Below, one piece after another: positions 20,488 through 31,344 of a stretch of 64,000 nucleotides of DNA. The stretch lies in the NCBI GenBank assembly GCA_016839555.1, contig JAEOUA010000012.1, positions 160,001-224,000 on the forward strand, given 5' to 3'. Origin of the DNA: Promethearchaeota archaeon. GTDB lineage: Archaea > Asgardarchaeota > Lokiarchaeia > Sigyniarchaeales > SOKP01. The notes beneath the pieces are model-generated. The model made no database searches, was not told the DNA's origin, and saw nothing but the letters and a program-made list of their open reading frames with translations. The stretch's first letter is position 1; the number at the start of each line of letters is the position of its first letter. The position numbers and the translations under genes were made by a program.

Positions 20488-20639
20488 TTTTTATCACTTT
20501 ATAGAATAAATTATCGAAAATAATGCTTATTAAAAGTTAAAATAAAATTAATTTCTTACTTACTATAAATGTATTTAAAAATCTAAATTATTATTTAAAT
20601 CTAAAATATATTATTTTTATAGAGGAAGAGAAAAATAAT

Positions 20640-21038
20640 ATGAAGCTCTCAGATATACCTGAATCATATCAATCTTATCTTGATGAGATTTATACAATAG
20701 CTATCAAAAAAAAAGGAGGGTGGGTCACTAATAAGGAAATAGCAGAAAGTTTGAATGTTGAACCAGCAAGCGTTTCAGGTATGTTAGAAAAATTAAAGGA
20801 ACAAGGATTGATTCAATGGGAACCGAGAAAAGCTATACGAATGACTAAGAAAGGAAAAGAATTAGCGAAAGAATTAACTGAGATTCATAAATTATTAAAT
20901 ATATTCTTTGAAAAAGTCTTAAAGCTCGAAAATAAAGAGACTATAAATAAACTCTCGTGTGAAATTGAACATCATATTTCTTCCAAGGTAAAGAATTCCC
21001 TAAAACAGTTTTTGAATCAGTATTTAGATCAAAAATAA
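20640..21038 (+). CDS. DtxR/MntR-family metal-dependent transcriptional regulator
   Basis: YLDEIY, EIAESLNVEPASVSGMLEKL HTH, CEIEHHIS metal site. Confidence 0.9.
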   Translation: MKLSDIPESYQSYLDEIYTIAIKKKGGWVTNKEIAESLNVEPASVSGMLEKLKEQGLIQWEPRKAIRMTKKGKELAKELTEIHKLLNIFFEKVLKLENKETINKLSCEIEHHISSKVKNSLKQFLNQYLDQK

Positions 21039-21247
21039 CCTTATGGAATCAATTAGTTTTAACCATGAATTCTGAATGATATTATGACATCTAATATATA
21101 TTAAGGCGATAAAATAAAGGGCTTTTAACTCGATACTCTATTTTAAAGATATAATAATATAATCCATTTAATTTTTATAGTTAAATTAATTAATTCAATC
21201 ACCTTTAGATTTTGATTCTAAACTAAAAGATAGATTTAAAAATAAAA

Positions 21248-22006
21248 ATGATGCAAGAATTCAAAAAAAAAATAGCTATTGCTCGCAAAAATTTTGAAAA
21301 CTTTAAAAATTATATTGAATTAGAAAATTTCCGAGATTTTTTATTATTTGTGTTAAATAGCCAAGTATCTTCAAATATTTTACAACAACTAGGAATCGGA
21401 GGAGGGAAAGATGTTATAAATTTACCATATAACCCTTTATTTAAAATATATTATCAAAAAATTAATTTGATTTCTGCCGGATCATTGATTATTTATGTAA
21501 AGAGTGAGCCTATATCAGATGAATTTATTCTTGATAAAGATGATCCGATTTTCAAAGAATACCTACGACAAAATGAGAGGGAATTGGCATTTCGGGGTAA
21601 AGAAAAGTTTTTAACTCCAAAAATTACTGATTGTACATTCCTTACTGAAATAGATACTAATCCTATCACCTTAAAATTTGATGATCTTTATTATGATTTG
21701 AAAAGTTTTATGGCGGTCGCAGAACCAAATATTTTATTTGTTCGGGATGCTCCCTCTGAATCTGAACCAGATCTGATATTTGCTTTCAATCTTATGCCAG
21801 AAATACCAGGAAAATCGGATGAGAAGGTTCTGAAGTTAGATATCTTATTTGATTCTGAGCACAAAACAAGAAACATTAAATATATTAAACGAGAAGAGGA
21901 TTATGAATTGAAGTATTTAGAAAATCTCACTAGTATAAGTCATTCCGATATTTTTAAGTCAGCCTTCTCATTAATACTTCACATTAAGTCGTTTGAAAAA
22001 CCTTAA
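21248..22006 (+). CDS. Hypothetical protein
   Basis: 252-aa ORF, no recognised motif. Confidence 0.7.
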   Translation: MMQEFKKKIAIARKNFENFKNYIELENFRDFLLFVLNSQVSSNILQQLGIGGGKDVINLPYNPLFKIYYQKINLISAGSLIIYVKSEPISDEFILDKDDPIFKEYLRQNERELAFRGKEKFLTPKITDCTFLTEIDTNPITLKFDDLYYDLKSFMAVAEPNILFVRDAPSESEPDLIFAFNLMPEIPGKSDEKVLKLDILFDSEHKTRNIKYIKREEDYELKYLENLTSISHSDIFKSAFSLILHIKSFEKP

Positions 22007-22240
22007 ATTCAAGAAAGAGCTATTTATTCACTCTTAATTTCTATTGCCTTCTTAAATTGAATATTTTCTTAATATATATTAGTTTATCCACTTGATCCAA
22101 AAATTCTCTCTCCAAATTATTTTAAAATCCTCTAATTAAGCAGTTAATAAATCAAGGGATTAATATTCTCTATTTATAAGCAATCCGACAAATTATGTTA
22201 AGTATAATTATTAAAAATAAATTAAGGTAGTAAAAGTAAA

Positions 22241-22441
22241 ATGAAAATAATTACAATTAATTTACCAGAAAAATATTTAGAAGCGATACAAATTTTAAAT
22301 GATCTTAATATCTATCCTTCTCGAAGCGATGCCATTCGAAATGCTCTTCATAATTTTTTATCAGATGAATTAAAAATGTTTGAAGATTTGGATAAAGAAA
22401 GTTTTGAAATGCTTATTAAACATAATCATGAAAAGAAGTAA
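22241..22441 (+). CDS. Ribbon-helix-helix (CopG/NikR-like) regulator
   Basis: MKIITINLP beta-ribbon and YPSRSDAIRNAL. Confidence 0.85.
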   Translation: MKIITINLPEKYLEAIQILNDLNIYPSRSDAIRNALHNFLSDELKMFEDLDKESFEMLIKHNHEKK

Positions 22442-22669
22442 TGATTATTCTTCTTATTTTTTCCTTTTTTTAAAATCATAGCAATTATTTCGGTTATATT
22501 TTAATCTTAATCTCTAATATAAATGCTCTTTGCTTGAAAAAGGGATATATTATGCAATAAGATAAAAGTTCAAAAATATGAAAAATAACATTAATTCTAA
22601 AAATTACAAAAAGAAAGAAATAAATGGAAAAAAAAACAATATAAACTTTTTAATTTTTAGTATTAATTA

Positions 22670-23764
22670 TTATGCTAAAGTTATTTCTTTATTTAGATAC
22701 ACATCTTGGACGGCACGAATGATTTTTAAACCTTGCTCCATCGGCCGCTGAAAAGATTTTCTTCCCATAATTAATCCCCATCCTCCAGCGCGTTTATTGA
22801 TAATAGCTGCTTTTACTGCTTCTTGTATATCATTTTCTCCAGAAGGACCACCAGAATTAATAAGGCCTACTCTCCCCATATAACAATTAGCGACTTGGAA
22901 TCTATTCCATTCTAACATTTTACACGCTTCGGACAAACCTTCTGTGGGTGCTAACTTTTCATACACAAGCTTATTTGTCTTACCAAAACCTAATTCCAGA
23001 AAACCTCTATTTTTAGTAGATATCTTTTGTTTTATAATATCCGCTTCAATAGTAGCTCCTAAGTGATCTGCTTGGGAGCACATATCATTTGAATCATGAT
23101 AATCCACTCCATCCTTTATAAATTCATCAGGATTTCTAAGATATGCCCATAATACGGCAACCATACCTAGATCATGAGCATAATCAAATGCATCACTGAT
23201 TTCCTTAATTTGACGACGAGATTCCTGAGAACCAAAATAAATTGTAGCCCCTACCGCAACAGCCCCCATTTTATAAGCTTGATCAACGTTTGCAAATAAG
23301 GTTTGGTCGTAAAAATTAGGCTTTGAAAGTAATTCGTTATGATTTATTTTAAGAATAAATGGAATTTTTCTCGCATATCGACGAGAAAGAGATCCTAACA
23401 CTCCTAAAGTTGATGCAACACCACTACAGCCTCCTTTTATTGCTAATTCGATAATTTTTTTAGGATCCATATAGATAGGATTTGGGGCAAAGTCAGCTCC
23501 CGCCCCATGTTCTACTCCGTGATCCACTGGTAAGATGGATAGATATCCAGTATTTGCTAACCTCCCCGATTCAAATAGTCGTTGCATGTTGTTTAAAACT
23601 CTATTATTTCTATCAGATTGTTCTACTATGCGTTCAATAAAATCTGGACCAGGAGGATACAAATTTTCTTTAGGGATTCCTCTGCATGTATAGTTTAAAA
23701 AATCGTCTGCTTCATTTCCTAAAATTTGTCGGATTTCATTTAATGATTGCGACATATTTATCAT
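22670..23764 (-). CDS. fbaB: Class I fructose-bisphosphate aldolase (FbaB/DhnA type)
   Basis: GRLANTGYLSILPVDHGVEH, KINHNELL, VGATIYFGS, ADIIKQK, INKRAGG, GRKSFQRP. Confidence 0.92.
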   Translation of the reverse strand: MINMSQSLNEIRQILGNEADDFLNYTCRGIPKENLYPPGPDFIERIVEQSDRNNRVLNNMQRLFESGRLANTGYLSILPVDHGVEHGAGADFAPNPIYMDPKKIIELAIKGGCSGVASTLGVLGSLSRRYARKIPFILKINHNELLSKPNFYDQTLFANVDQAYKMGAVAVGATIYFGSQESRRQIKEISDAFDYAHDLGMVAVLWAYLRNPDEFIKDGVDYHDSNDMCSQADHLGATIEADIIKQKISTKNRGFLELGFGKTNKLVYEKLAPTEGLSEACKMLEWNRFQVANCYMGRVGLINSGGPSGENDIQEAVKAAIINKRAGGWGLIMGRKSFQRPMEQGLKIIRAVQDVYLNKEITLA

Positions 23765-23917
23765 TTACAATTAAAATTTCTTAACTTTTTAATTTTTCAT
23801 TAAAAAAATAAAAAATATATTTATATGGAAATCAAGTTGTATAAAATCATTATTAAAATAAAATTTTTATTTTTAAAAATTATAAGATTGATAAAGAATT
23901 AAGAAGTTGCGAAAAAT

Positions 23918-24958
23918 TTGAAAGTCGCGAGATATTTCAGTAATGATGATGTGAGAGTTGATGAGATTCCAAAACCTTCTATCAATGCTGATGAATTTTT
24001 AGTTAAGGTCAAAAAATCGGGTATCTGTGGAAGTGATATCTTGGAATATTATCGCTTTGCCAAAATGAAAAAATTAGGGGTTGATTCCTTGATATTAGGG
24101 CATGAAATTGCAGGAGATATTGTTGAAATAGGTGAAAATATTAAGAACTATCAAAAAGGGGATAAAGTATTTGTATCTCATCATGTCCCTTGCTTTGAAT
24201 GTCATTATTGCAAAGAAGATCATCATACAGCTTGTCATCTTTTACATAATACAAATTTTGATCCTGGTGGATTTTCTGAATATATAAGGATTCCCCATAT
24301 TAATATCGAAAAGAAAGGAGTATATGTCTTAGATAAGGAAGTAAGCTATGAAGAGGGAGTATTTATTGAGCCTTTGGGATGTGTCTGCAGAGCTCAAAGA
24401 CTAGCCGATATACATGAAGGACAAACAATCTTAATTTTAGGAAGTGGCGTCTCGGGGTTATTGCATCTTAAATTAGCAAAAGCCAAAGGTGTTCAGAAAA
24501 TTATCACAACGGATATTAGTGGATATCGAATGAACAAGGCTAAAGAAATGGGGGCATCATTTGTTTTAAATGCGAACGAGGATATAGCAACTAAAGTAAA
24601 AGAATTTAATGAGAATCGTGCTCCAGATATTATTATTGTATGTACAGGTGCGGTTTCAGCAGTAAAACAAGCTTTAGATTGCATTGGCCCTGGAACTATT
24701 ATAATCTTTTTTGCAGTTCCCAAACCAGGGATTAACCTTGAAATTCCTATCAATAATTATTGGAGAAATGAAGTGAAATTAATGACATCCTATGGTGCTG
24801 CTCCTCCCGATTTGGATGAATCTTATGAATGGATAAAATCGAAAAAAATCGAAGTGACAGACCTCATAACTCATCGATTTCCCTTAGATAATATAGCAGA
24901 AGCTTTTAACATTGTTTGTCAAGCAGATGAGTCCCTAAAAGTCATAATTGAACCCTAA
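23918..24958 (+). CDS. Zinc-dependent alcohol/polyol dehydrogenase (MDR family)
   Basis: GICGSD, GHEIAG, CFECHYC...C structural zinc site, EPLGC, GSGVSG. Confidence 0.9.
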   Translation: MKVARYFSNDDVRVDEIPKPSINADEFLVKVKKSGICGSDILEYYRFAKMKKLGVDSLILGHEIAGDIVEIGENIKNYQKGDKVFVSHHVPCFECHYCKEDHHTACHLLHNTNFDPGGFSEYIRIPHINIEKKGVYVLDKEVSYEEGVFIEPLGCVCRAQRLADIHEGQTILILGSGVSGLLHLKLAKAKGVQKIITTDISGYRMNKAKEMGASFVLNANEDIATKVKEFNENRAPDIIIVCTGAVSAVKQALDCIGPGTIIIFFAVPKPGINLEIPINNYWRNEVKLMTSYGAAPPDLDESYEWIKSKKIEVTDLITHRFPLDNIAEAFNIVCQADESLKVIIEP

Positions 24959-25051
24959 GACGGAACTTATTTTATTCAATTTTCCGTAAAAAAAAATTAT
25001 GAACTAGTTAAAATACATAAAATTGGAAAAAATAAAAAATTATAGAAAAAA

Positions 25052-25843
25052 TTATAGCCCTTTCGGTCCTTGCTTATAAATTTCGTATGCCTCATCAACA
25101 GAAGCATTATTATGCACTATCTCTCTCACTGCTTTAATCATTCCAATAGGACTATCGCTTAGAAAAATGTTTCTTCCCATATCCACGCCAACGGCTCCTT
25201 CATTTATTGCATTCTTTGCCATTTGTAGAGCATCTCGCTCAGGAATCTTTTTACCGCCCGCAATGACGACTGGTATAGGAGTGACTCGTATCACTTCTTC
25301 GAAATTTTCACAATAATACGTCTTAACAAAATGCGTCCCCATTTCAGCCGCTAATCGACTCGCCATACCTAAATATCGAGCATCTCTCGCCATTTCCCTT
25401 CCCACCGCAGTAACAGCTAATACTGGAATTCCGTATTGTTCTCCAAAATTAATCAGTTTCGATAAGTTCATAATGGTCTGTTTTTCATATTCACTTCCAA
25501 CAAATATAGAACATGTTATTGCTGATACATTTAAACGTATAGCGTCATCAATCGCGACATTTATCTCTTCGTTTGAGAGCTCTTTTAGCATGCTTGCTCC
25601 CGCAGAAACACGTAATACTATTGGTTTATCAATTTCTGCAGAAACACAGCTCCTTAACATACCTCTTGTCAGCATTAACGCATCAGCATATTCAAATAAG
25701 GGCTTCAAATCATCAAAACATTTTAATGTTCCGGGAATATTCCCAAAATATCCATGATCCATCGCTAACATTACACAATGACCAGTTTTAGGACTTATAA
25801 TTCGAGAAAGTCTATTCTGCATACCCCATTGCATATTTATCAC
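25052..25843 (-). CDS. lsrF: LsrF-like thiolase/aldolase (DhnA family)
   Basis: WGMQNRLSRI, MLAMDHGYF, VTAVGREMARDARY, VKTYYC, VIAGGKK, GVDMGRNIF. Confidence 0.85.
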   Translation of the reverse strand: MINMQWGMQNRLSRIISPKTGHCVMLAMDHGYFGNIPGTLKCFDDLKPLFEYADALMLTRGMLRSCVSAEIDKPIVLRVSAGASMLKELSNEEINVAIDDAIRLNVSAITCSIFVGSEYEKQTIMNLSKLINFGEQYGIPVLAVTAVGREMARDARYLGMASRLAAEMGTHFVKTYYCENFEEVIRVTPIPVVIAGGKKIPERDALQMAKNAINEGAVGVDMGRNIFLSDSPIGMIKAVREIVHNNASVDEAYEIYKQGPKGL

Positions 25844-26039
25844 TTTTTTACTTAATATAATTCATTTGTTTTATTAATATGCTATAAAATTATTCAAATG
25901 TTTTATATTTTAAGTTTAAGATTTTTTGGGTTAAGAGTTCATCTTTTTTAAAATTATCTAGATTAGATAAAGAATAAAAAAAGAGTAAATTAAACAAAAA
26001 AATTAATTAAATAAAACAAAATAAAAAAAAGAATTTAAA

Positions 26040-28040
26040 TTAGTAGGTTAATTGAGCCTTGCTGGGATGATATTCGCCTTGGCCAGTAATGGTATATGTG
26101 ATTTCAATATCTTGTTCAGGTTCTAACAACTCAATCTCCCATTTCAAGGTATCTTCTCCATACTCATCAATTATTTCTGGTTTTATTGAAAATTCACCGT
26201 ATTTGAAGTTATCCGGAACTTTATCTATGATAGTAAAGTTTTGAATTTCATTCTCCTTTGCATCGCCGAGGTTTGTAACGAAGAGTATAATTTTATATTT
26301 CCCTTCTGCTTTCATAGGAATAATTTCTTTTCCAACTCTGAACTTACGACGAACATGTACAATGGAAATAATGGGAATTTCCTCCGGAACTGGCACGGCT
26401 TCTAATTCTTCCCCTAAAGGATAGGTATTGGCATTATAAATGACATCCGCTTCAAATTCTCCTTCTCTAGGCTGGATAGCATGAATAGGATATCGTAATT
26501 CTACCTTAGAATCAGCTTCTATCATTCCTATTGATGTATTTCTCAAGTTGAATTTACTAACTTGAATCATATCTTTGGTTACTCGAATATCTCCTCGATC
26601 TAAGTCAACAGGCTCTCCATCAACAAGTAATTCCATCCGCTCAAAATCTTCCGGATCATCGGGATTGGGTGGACTAAAATCAGGATAATCTGAAAATCCT
26701 CTCTGAGTTAATTTGATCTCATCTAAAGGTGCAGAGCCATTGTTTTCAAGCGTTAAGATTGCAATAACATCATTATCTTCATAAGAAGGTAGTGTATTTT
26801 CAGGGAACCTTTTTGCAACCTCTTCTGGAAATTCATATGTTAATATACCTGTTATACTGGCTAGTACTAATTGTTCTTCTGCGAGAGAAGTTTCACCCAC
26901 CACTTCTGCCTCAAACTCTGGCAGTATTCGAAAGCTTAATTCTCTTCTAAATGCCGGATAATCCTCACTTTCATATTCCCACATTGGAGATCTCCACATC
27001 GCATTTGGAGGTAATAAGAGAGGATAGTCTGGGTCAATAGTAATATAACTTTTATCGGGATTTTCTGGGGCATATACATTCGCATCATAGAATTCAATAT
27101 CAAATTCTGAAGGATTTTCAAATACTAATTCGCATTCCCACATATCAGGCTCTTCGTCCCTTTCTACTAAATCCATATAATGCTTATTAGTTGTATAACC
27201 TTCAAATGTTTCAATTTCTAATCCTCCGGTGAATGAGGAAGCACCATTATAGCTTACTTTAATTGTTCCAGTGCTAACCGCATCCTTTGTTTGGACTGTA
27301 ATATCTGCCTTTATCTTTAAAACCGCTAATCTCTCTGGTTCTAATTCTTCTATAGTCCATTCAACTTCATCACCTTCAACCTCAGCATATCCTTCTGAAG
27401 AATCTGTAATTTTAATATTTTCGAATTCAGATGGAACACTTTTAATTACTTTTAGGTTTGTTATAGGTTTTTCAAATAAATTATAAACACTAATGGCAAA
27501 TGTAACAGTATTTAGTTGTCCAATACCTATTCCAAATGATTCTAGACTCTTTTCCTCACCACGTCTCTCACTTTCAGGTTCTTTTAAAGTTAATATATTA
27601 TCTTCAATATTCCTATATCTTAAAATTTCATCAGCATTCGAAAGAGTATTTATATATTCTTTAATTAAAAGGAGATTTTGAACTTTTTCTGCTAATTTAA
27701 ATTCCTCAGTATAAGTATTATTATCCTCCTCAGTACCCAATTCTTTTATTTCAATTTCTGGAGACTTTAAATTAGTTGCTCCAACATTTTCGAATTTTAA
27801 GACAATATCCCATAATCGATTATTAGTACTAGGATTTATTACTTCTAATTGACCAGAGAAATTAATGTCTTCTATGTTTCCATAATGATCTTGCTCTACA
27901 TTAACGCTTTCAGCTAATTTAATTATAGCACTTAATCCTTTTCTTCGTTCATCGGGATAGATAATCTCTCCAGTAGTAACTCTACGAGGTTTTTTTTCTT
28001 CTTTTTTCTTTTCTTTTTCGCCAGCACCAAATAATGGCAT
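26040..28040 (-). CDS. Large acidic multi-beta-sandwich hypothetical protein (DUF11/Ig-like repeats)
   Basis: Repeated pattern (N..I.D/K.VP..F...W.I..LEP) at two sites; no signal peptide or transmembrane helix seen. Confidence 0.6.
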   Translation of the reverse strand: MPLFGAGEKEKKKEEKKPRRVTTGEIIYPDERRKGLSAIIKLAESVNVEQDHYGNIEDINFSGQLEVINPSTNNRLWDIVLKFENVGATNLKSPEIEIKELGTEEDNNTYTEEFKLAEKVQNLLLIKEYINTLSNADEILRYRNIEDNILTLKEPESERRGEEKSLESFGIGIGQLNTVTFAISVYNLFEKPITNLKVIKSVPSEFENIKITDSSEGYAEVEGDEVEWTIEELEPERLAVLKIKADITVQTKDAVSTGTIKVSYNGASSFTGGLEIETFEGYTTNKHYMDLVERDEEPDMWECELVFENPSEFDIEFYDANVYAPENPDKSYITIDPDYPLLLPPNAMWRSPMWEYESEDYPAFRRELSFRILPEFEAEVVGETSLAEEQLVLASITGILTYEFPEEVAKRFPENTLPSYEDNDVIAILTLENNGSAPLDEIKLTQRGFSDYPDFSPPNPDDPEDFERMELLVDGEPVDLDRGDIRVTKDMIQVSKFNLRNTSIGMIEADSKVELRYPIHAIQPREGEFEADVIYNANTYPLGEELEAVPVPEEIPIISIVHVRRKFRVGKEIIPMKAEGKYKIILFVTNLGDAKENEIQNFTIIDKVPDNFKYGEFSIKPEIIDEYGEDTLKWEIELLEPEQDIEITYTITGQGEYHPSKAQLTY

Positions 28041-28425
28041 TTTTTATCACTTTTTATAAGTTTTTTTAGACTTAATTTTTTTTTAAAAAATTAATTGATT
28101 TTTATTAAAGAGTTATTTTAAATATTAAGATTTAAAAATATAAATCTTTTATGTTGATCTGAAAATAACTAGTTTTATGATTTCTTCCTTTAAAAAATAA
28201 AATTAATATATAGCTTTCTTAAAATCCATACAATCTGGTTCACTTCCTCTTAAAACCTAGGTTTATGTGGCCTTAGGGCATCGAATAGAAGTTATCATGC
28301 TTAATTTTAATTACGGAAGGAAAAAAAAGTCTAATGAAGTAAAGATCTATCTTCATTCAACGAAATAAAACAAAAAAGGTTGATTCCGCTATACTTAATA
28401 ATAGAAAGACCCAATTGTTGGGGAT

Positions 28426-29280
28426 TTAAAGAGAACTGAGGAATTCCTGAACCTTATTTTGAATTTTATTCCCTAAGTCTTCTGAAATATTTCTCATGAT
28501 AAAGTTTCTTATGAGATTTAATCGAGTTTTTCCTATTTTAGAAATCTTTAAATCGTGCTGCATTGAATCAATTAAATCTGTATCGTAAATTTCCTTTACA
28601 TCTTCCAAAATTTTTACCGTATAATTTACTTCTTTTAAAAAATTGTTAATATCTTGTTGTATTAAAACAATTTGTTCCTCAGGATTGAAAATTTCTAAGG
28701 CTTTTTTAACTAAAAGCTCCTCGAATGAAAGTTTCTCTTCCCATGGAGTTTGCATAATATTATTATGGGCATCTATTAAGAGAGCATTTGTATTTTTTAA
28801 AGTAATTTGATTATAATCAGTTTCTGCAATGAATTCAATATTTTTAGCAGTATTATATTGATTTTGCGTTATTCTATTTAAAAAGTTATTAATTTGATTC
28901 TTAAATTCTTCAGAAATATTTTCTCTTATTATATATGCATGATATCCGAAAAATTTTGAATGAACCAAACTAAAAACTCCATATAATCCAAAAATATTAA
29001 TCAATTGATTAAGATTTAGTTTTCCCTTAAATATTTTTTCTCTTTCCCCTTTTTCAGTGGGAGCCCCCATAAGAATGTCAATTTTTTCATATCCTCTTAC
29101 TAAACCTTTTGTATCTAAAAATACAATAAATTGATGATCAGGACAAACGGCTCCCGGAGGTACTTGAATTTTAATGCTCCCAAATTGCTTCTGTGCGAAT
29201 ATTTTCTCGGGAATTTCTATCGTACTTTTAGCTTGACATACAGGACAAGTTAAATCTATCTTCCTTTTTGTAATTTCCAT
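28426..29280 (-). CDS. Hypothetical protein with N-terminal zinc ribbon
   Basis: CPVC ... CPDH motif followed by a helical region. Confidence 0.7.
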   Translation of the reverse strand: MEITKRKIDLTCPVCQAKSTIEIPEKIFAQKQFGSIKIQVPPGAVCPDHQFIVFLDTKGLVRGYEKIDILMGAPTEKGEREKIFKGKLNLNQLINIFGLYGVFSLVHSKFFGYHAYIIRENISEEFKNQINNFLNRITQNQYNTAKNIEFIAETDYNQITLKNTNALLIDAHNNIMQTPWEEKLSFEELLVKKALEIFNPEEQIVLIQQDINNFLKEVNYTVKILEDVKEIYDTDLIDSMQHDLKISKIGKTRLNLIRNFIMRNISEDLGNKIQNKVQEFLSSL

Positions 29281-29536
29281 TTTGTAATACCTTAAGATCT
29301 AATAATGTTAATAGCAACTAATCTCTAATATTCAGCTACATTAAAAATAAAAATAGATCTATATTAATATATGGTTTTTTAGATTGTGTGAAAATATAAT
29401 ATTTTAGGAATAAAATAATTAAACTATTAGAATTTATTTCTTTAATTTTATAGAAATATTATTTCAATTATAATTTTTCATTCTTTCTTTATTCGCCTAA
29501 TGATCTTTGATTTGCTGAAAAAGGAGGAATAAGTGA

Positions 29537-30382
29537 TTGTCAAAAAAAAATGATAAAGACTTAATGTATAAGATTACTAAAAAATTAATCGAAATAAAAA
29601 ATCTTATTAAAAATAATAATTTAGGAGAAATCTTAAAAAAACCCGAAACTATACGGCTAATCGAATTTAGTGTATTAAATTTAAGTTGTTTAATTGAATA
29701 TTTATCAGAGAAATTGAAAGAAAAATATCTGGCAAAAGAATGGGGCAAAATATATAATCTTGGACATTTGATTAGTAGAAATGAGATTGATTTTGATGGT
29801 GTTTGGTATATAATTAACAAGAATTTTACTAAATTTGAATTATTAATTGATTCAATTATAAAAACGGAAAACTATGATTTCACAGAGCAAGAAAGATTAG
29901 AAGAGATAAAAAGAATTTATGATTTAAACGATAAATTCAATACAAATAATTTAAACGCATGTCAAGAAGAACCACTAAAAGACAAGGAGATTCCTGAAAT
30001 TAATCCAGAAGAAAGTAGAAAGTATGGAAGATTTAAAATTGAAACCATAAACTATGGTAATGAAGAGGATGGGGGAGAGTATTCTATTGTTGAATATCTA
30101 TGTTTAAAGGAAGAAGATAAATGGAAACAACTTTTATATAATATAATTAAAGGAAGAGATATTGATTATGAACATGGTAAAATAAGTGAATACTTAGATT
30201 ATCCTCTTCAACGAGTAATTTATATTGACATAGAAGATTTGATATATTATATCGAAAATGAAATTGGGATGTTATATTGTTCTATAGATAAATTCCGTTG
30301 GTATAGATATAATGTGGAACTTAAAGAGAGACCCTATTATAATAGAATTGAAAAATTACGAAAATTTAAAATACCGAATTAG
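29537..30382 (+). CDS. Hypothetical protein
   Basis: 281-aa ORF with TTG start, no recognised motif. Confidence 0.6.
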   Translation: MSKKNDKDLMYKITKKLIEIKNLIKNNNLGEILKKPETIRLIEFSVLNLSCLIEYLSEKLKEKYLAKEWGKIYNLGHLISRNEIDFDGVWYIINKNFTKFELLIDSIIKTENYDFTEQERLEEIKRIYDLNDKFNTNNLNACQEEPLKDKEIPEINPEESRKYGRFKIETINYGNEEDGGEYSIVEYLCLKEEDKWKQLLYNIIKGRDIDYEHGKISEYLDYPLQRVIYIDIEDLIYYIENEIGMLYCSIDKFRWYRYNVELKERPYYNRIEKLRKFKIPN

Positions 30383-30453
30383 CTAAAATGCTCAAATTTA
30401 TAAATTACTTAATTCTACCATAATTATTCGAATTATTAGTCTTTCTTAGAATT

Positions 30454-31344
30454 ATGATTATTACTGGTATAGATGACGAAAAATGTATTAAATGTTTAGA
30501 ATGTGTTAAAGAATGTCCATCTGGACTTTTTTATAAACCCCCTACTCAAATTGGTGAAAAACGAGTAGTAAAATTTAAAGGACAAGAGGGATGCATTGAA
30601 TGTGGTCATTGCATTGCTGTGTGTCCAACAGATGCGATCTTATATGAGGAGGCGGAAAAACCACTGAAATTTGAAAATATTAAAGATCCTGCTTCATTAA
30701 TCAATTATGATATTTTATTAAAAGCTTTCCAAGCGAGACGATCTATTAGAAGATATAAAAAACAAACGGTTTCTAAATCTGATATTGAAACAATTCTTAA
30801 GGCAATGAGGTACTCTCCGACTGCTCAGAATTCTCGCTCATGGAAATATATTGTCATTCAAGATGAGGAAAAAAGGGATCCAATAAGAAATAAAGTTATT
30901 AAAATGTTAGGATTACTCAAAAAACTTGTTGATCATAAAAGAATTTTAAAATACTTTATGCCCAAAGGAATTAAGGAATTAATAACAGATCCAAAAGAAG
31001 AAATAGTGTTAGAAGATTTTTTTGAAAGAATTGAAAATGGTGAGGATCCGGTTTTTTATAACGCACCAGTTCTTTTAATTACATATAATTCAAAATATAA
31101 TGGATTTGCCGATATTGATGCAGGTATAGCATTTACTCATGGAATGTTTGCAGCTCAATCATTAGGATTAGGAACCTGCTGCATTGGATTTGCTCAAGAG
31201 GCAATAAATAGATATAAAAATTTAAAAAAAACTCTTAATATTCCAAAAGATATGAGAATAAATGGAGTCATGATTATAGGACATTCTGAGGTAAAATTCT
31301 ATAATATTCCTCCCAGAGATCCGTTAGATGTAACTTGGGTATAA
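30454..31344 (+). CDS. Nitroreductase family protein with N-terminal 2x[4Fe-4S] ferredoxin domain
   Basis: CIKCLECVKECP, CIECGHCIAVCP, RRSIRRY, SPTAQN, AQSLGLGTC. Confidence 0.92.
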   Translation: MIITGIDDEKCIKCLECVKECPSGLFYKPPTQIGEKRVVKFKGQEGCIECGHCIAVCPTDAILYEEAEKPLKFENIKDPASLINYDILLKAFQARRSIRRYKKQTVSKSDIETILKAMRYSPTAQNSRSWKYIVIQDEEKRDPIRNKVIKMLGLLKKLVDHKRILKYFMPKGIKELITDPKEEIVLEDFFERIENGEDPVFYNAPVLLITYNSKYNGFADIDAGIAFTHGMFAAQSLGLGTCCIGFAQEAINRYKNLKKTLNIPKDMRINGVMIIGHSEVKFYNIPPRDPLDVTWV

